A stretch of 64,000 bases of DNA from assembly GCF_009914755.1 (NCBI RefSeq), contig NC_060938.1. One strand, given 5' to 3'. Of this stretch, positions 62,055-64,000 are shown piece by piece (position 1 is the first letter of the stretch; each line of letters starts with the position of its first letter). Under the pieces are notes generated by a model, which saw nothing but the letters and a program-made list of their open reading frames with translations, did no database searches and had not been told where the DNA came from. The stretch comes from the human T2T-CHM13v2.0 reference genome, Homo sapiens. Both the position numbers and the translations under genes were made by a program.

Positions 62055-64000
62055 GAAAAATGTAAATAAATACCATGTTGAGAAAAAAAAATGTATAGGA
62101 GAAAATAAAAATAAATTATCTCTTTCATAAGTTAAAAATATTTTACATTTCAGCATTCTGAAAGCACAGAGGATTCAACAAAATGATGGTTTAGAATCAA
62201 ATTCAATAAAGAAACATCAGCTTGAGATCAGACTCTCAGGAATGTTTTTTTTTTTTCCTGATGAATCTGAGCCATTCAAGGTCCTTATAAATACGTCAGA
62301 GCACCTTTGATTTTTGACTTTTTATAGTTAACAATTTCAGTTTGCTAATACAAAAGACCTCATGCCTTTTCATCCAGAAAACAGAGAACACTTTCTATTA
62401 TGTAAGAGTATTATGTTTGAAGGAATATGTTTGCTTCAACTATGCGTGCTATGGTACAGAAAGCAAAACCACCTCCCTGTAGGTCTAAATCCAAGGGGTT
62501 TTCAATGTATTTGGGTTAAGTCATGTTGTAAGGTTATAGCTCTCTAAGATTTTTACAAGATGCATTATTAAACACGAATCTTCTGTAACGTGTACAGCAT
62601 ATCTTGTATAAATCAATGCAATATTTTCTTCTAAGTATGTGATGGTTTGGGTCACCCATGCTTAAAAAAAACTTTGAAGAGACAATTCATCTTTTTCCTA
62701 TGAAGCAATTTTTGTTAATTGACATAATTCTTCAGCAGTCAAGCTATTACTGTCATTAGGTAGTCCTTTCCTTTATTCAGAAGCCCAAGAAGTTAGTAGA
62801 GGTTTGTATACTATGCACCTTTCACCAGAAAATAAAAAGGGAGAACTTTAAGTATTTGACATCATCAAAAATTAGGTGTTATGGTGCTATGCTTAAGTTT
62901 TGATATTATATATTAATTACATTTCCCTTAGTACTACCTCCTCTGAATTCTTGAGCTTGTCAGTAGTTGAAAACATTTGAACCTAAACCATTTTTGCACA
63001 TTCACAACTAAATGTCTGGGTAACTTGGGAATTAATACTCTACAACCTGTGATGGAGCAGGGAGCAGGGTCAGCTGTCCATTAGCATCTCTTGTGAGGTT
63101 TCTCCATTTTCATAAAGAAGCTTGAGAAAATCTCCAGATTTGCCTGAGGGTAGACACAAAGCAATGCTCAGTTATACTCAATGTTATCAACCTACTGGAC
63201 TTGGTATAAAAGACTTTTTGAGCACTGTATTGCTTATTAAAAAACAGTAAAGTGTAAAAGATAGTTCTTTAGACAAATTGGCCCATGGAAATGCCAAATC
63301 ATTAGTTTTGGTGTCCGTAATGCCTCACAAAGTTATAAACTTTTATGAATAATTTGCTAAGAAATTAGCTCTAATGACAGGTAGTTTATGTATATACCTT
63401 GATAACATCTACAGGTATCTTATGCACATGACATTATAGAAATATTTGTTTGGGTTTTTCTCAACCAGTCATTTTCTACACCATAATTCCAGCTCAGCCC
63501 ACTCCACTTGCAATTGCTTGCTCTCATCTTCTAACTCCTGTTTATTCTTCTCAATTTCTGCTGCAATGGCTTCAATTAACCTGCTCCTCTGTATCTTGTA
63601 TGCTTTTTAGTTCACTGCTTATTTCCTTCTTCCTGCTGGAAAACTTGGCTAAATAACTCGTATTACTATTTTAGCCTCATTTGTCTTTAAGATTATCTCA
63701 TAAGGATATCCTATATAAATGGTAGTTAATATTTCTGAGCACCAACTTCCCTTACTCCAGCTCTCAGACTTCTTCCCATTGTTATGACAATTGAAGGCTT
63801 TTTAAATTCCTGTCTTAGGAGAAGTGGCCCAAAATTTGCCATAGATCTATGATGTTTTAATTAATACTGACCTCTGAATGATCTAGAAAATAATGGTAAA
63901 CCATGTATACATATTTGTGTGTGCACATGTGTGCATGTATTCGTAGCATCTGTGTGTGTGTACATTTTATAGATTTTGTCTTTATGTGAAGAAATATACT

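Overview
Primate (probably human) genomic DNA that looks like a pericentromeric segmental-duplication mosaic, with no intact protein-coding gene. The trio PTGER4 pseudogene fragment, CDK2AP2 retrocopy and MYO5B retrocopy matches, from memory, the PTGER4P/CDK2AP2P/MYO5BP duplicon family of human chr9 pericentromeric regions; the specific paralog cannot be determined here. 1-28 kb is mostly nested L1/Alu/LTR sequence, including a full-length L1PA. 24-30 kb holds an unidentified ~300-bp GC-rich tandem repeat joined to a TAR1 (29/37-bp repeat) block and a degenerate (TTAGGG)n tract, i.e. an internalised chromosome-end relic. The main unexpected result is a decayed multi-exon gene on the minus strand from ~63.7 kb to ~37.6 kb, reconstructed by hand. 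It has about 17 exon-like blocks with AG/GT borders and mostly matching phases, totals ~1,250 codons, ends in a stop plus AATAAA, and encodes a protein I do not recognise. Other structures of note are a ~0.9-kb inverted duplication inside a (TA)n array, an L1PA2 with a short 3' transduction, and a four-layer nested TE stack. TE subfamily calls come from remembered consensus sequences and need RepeatMasker confirmation.
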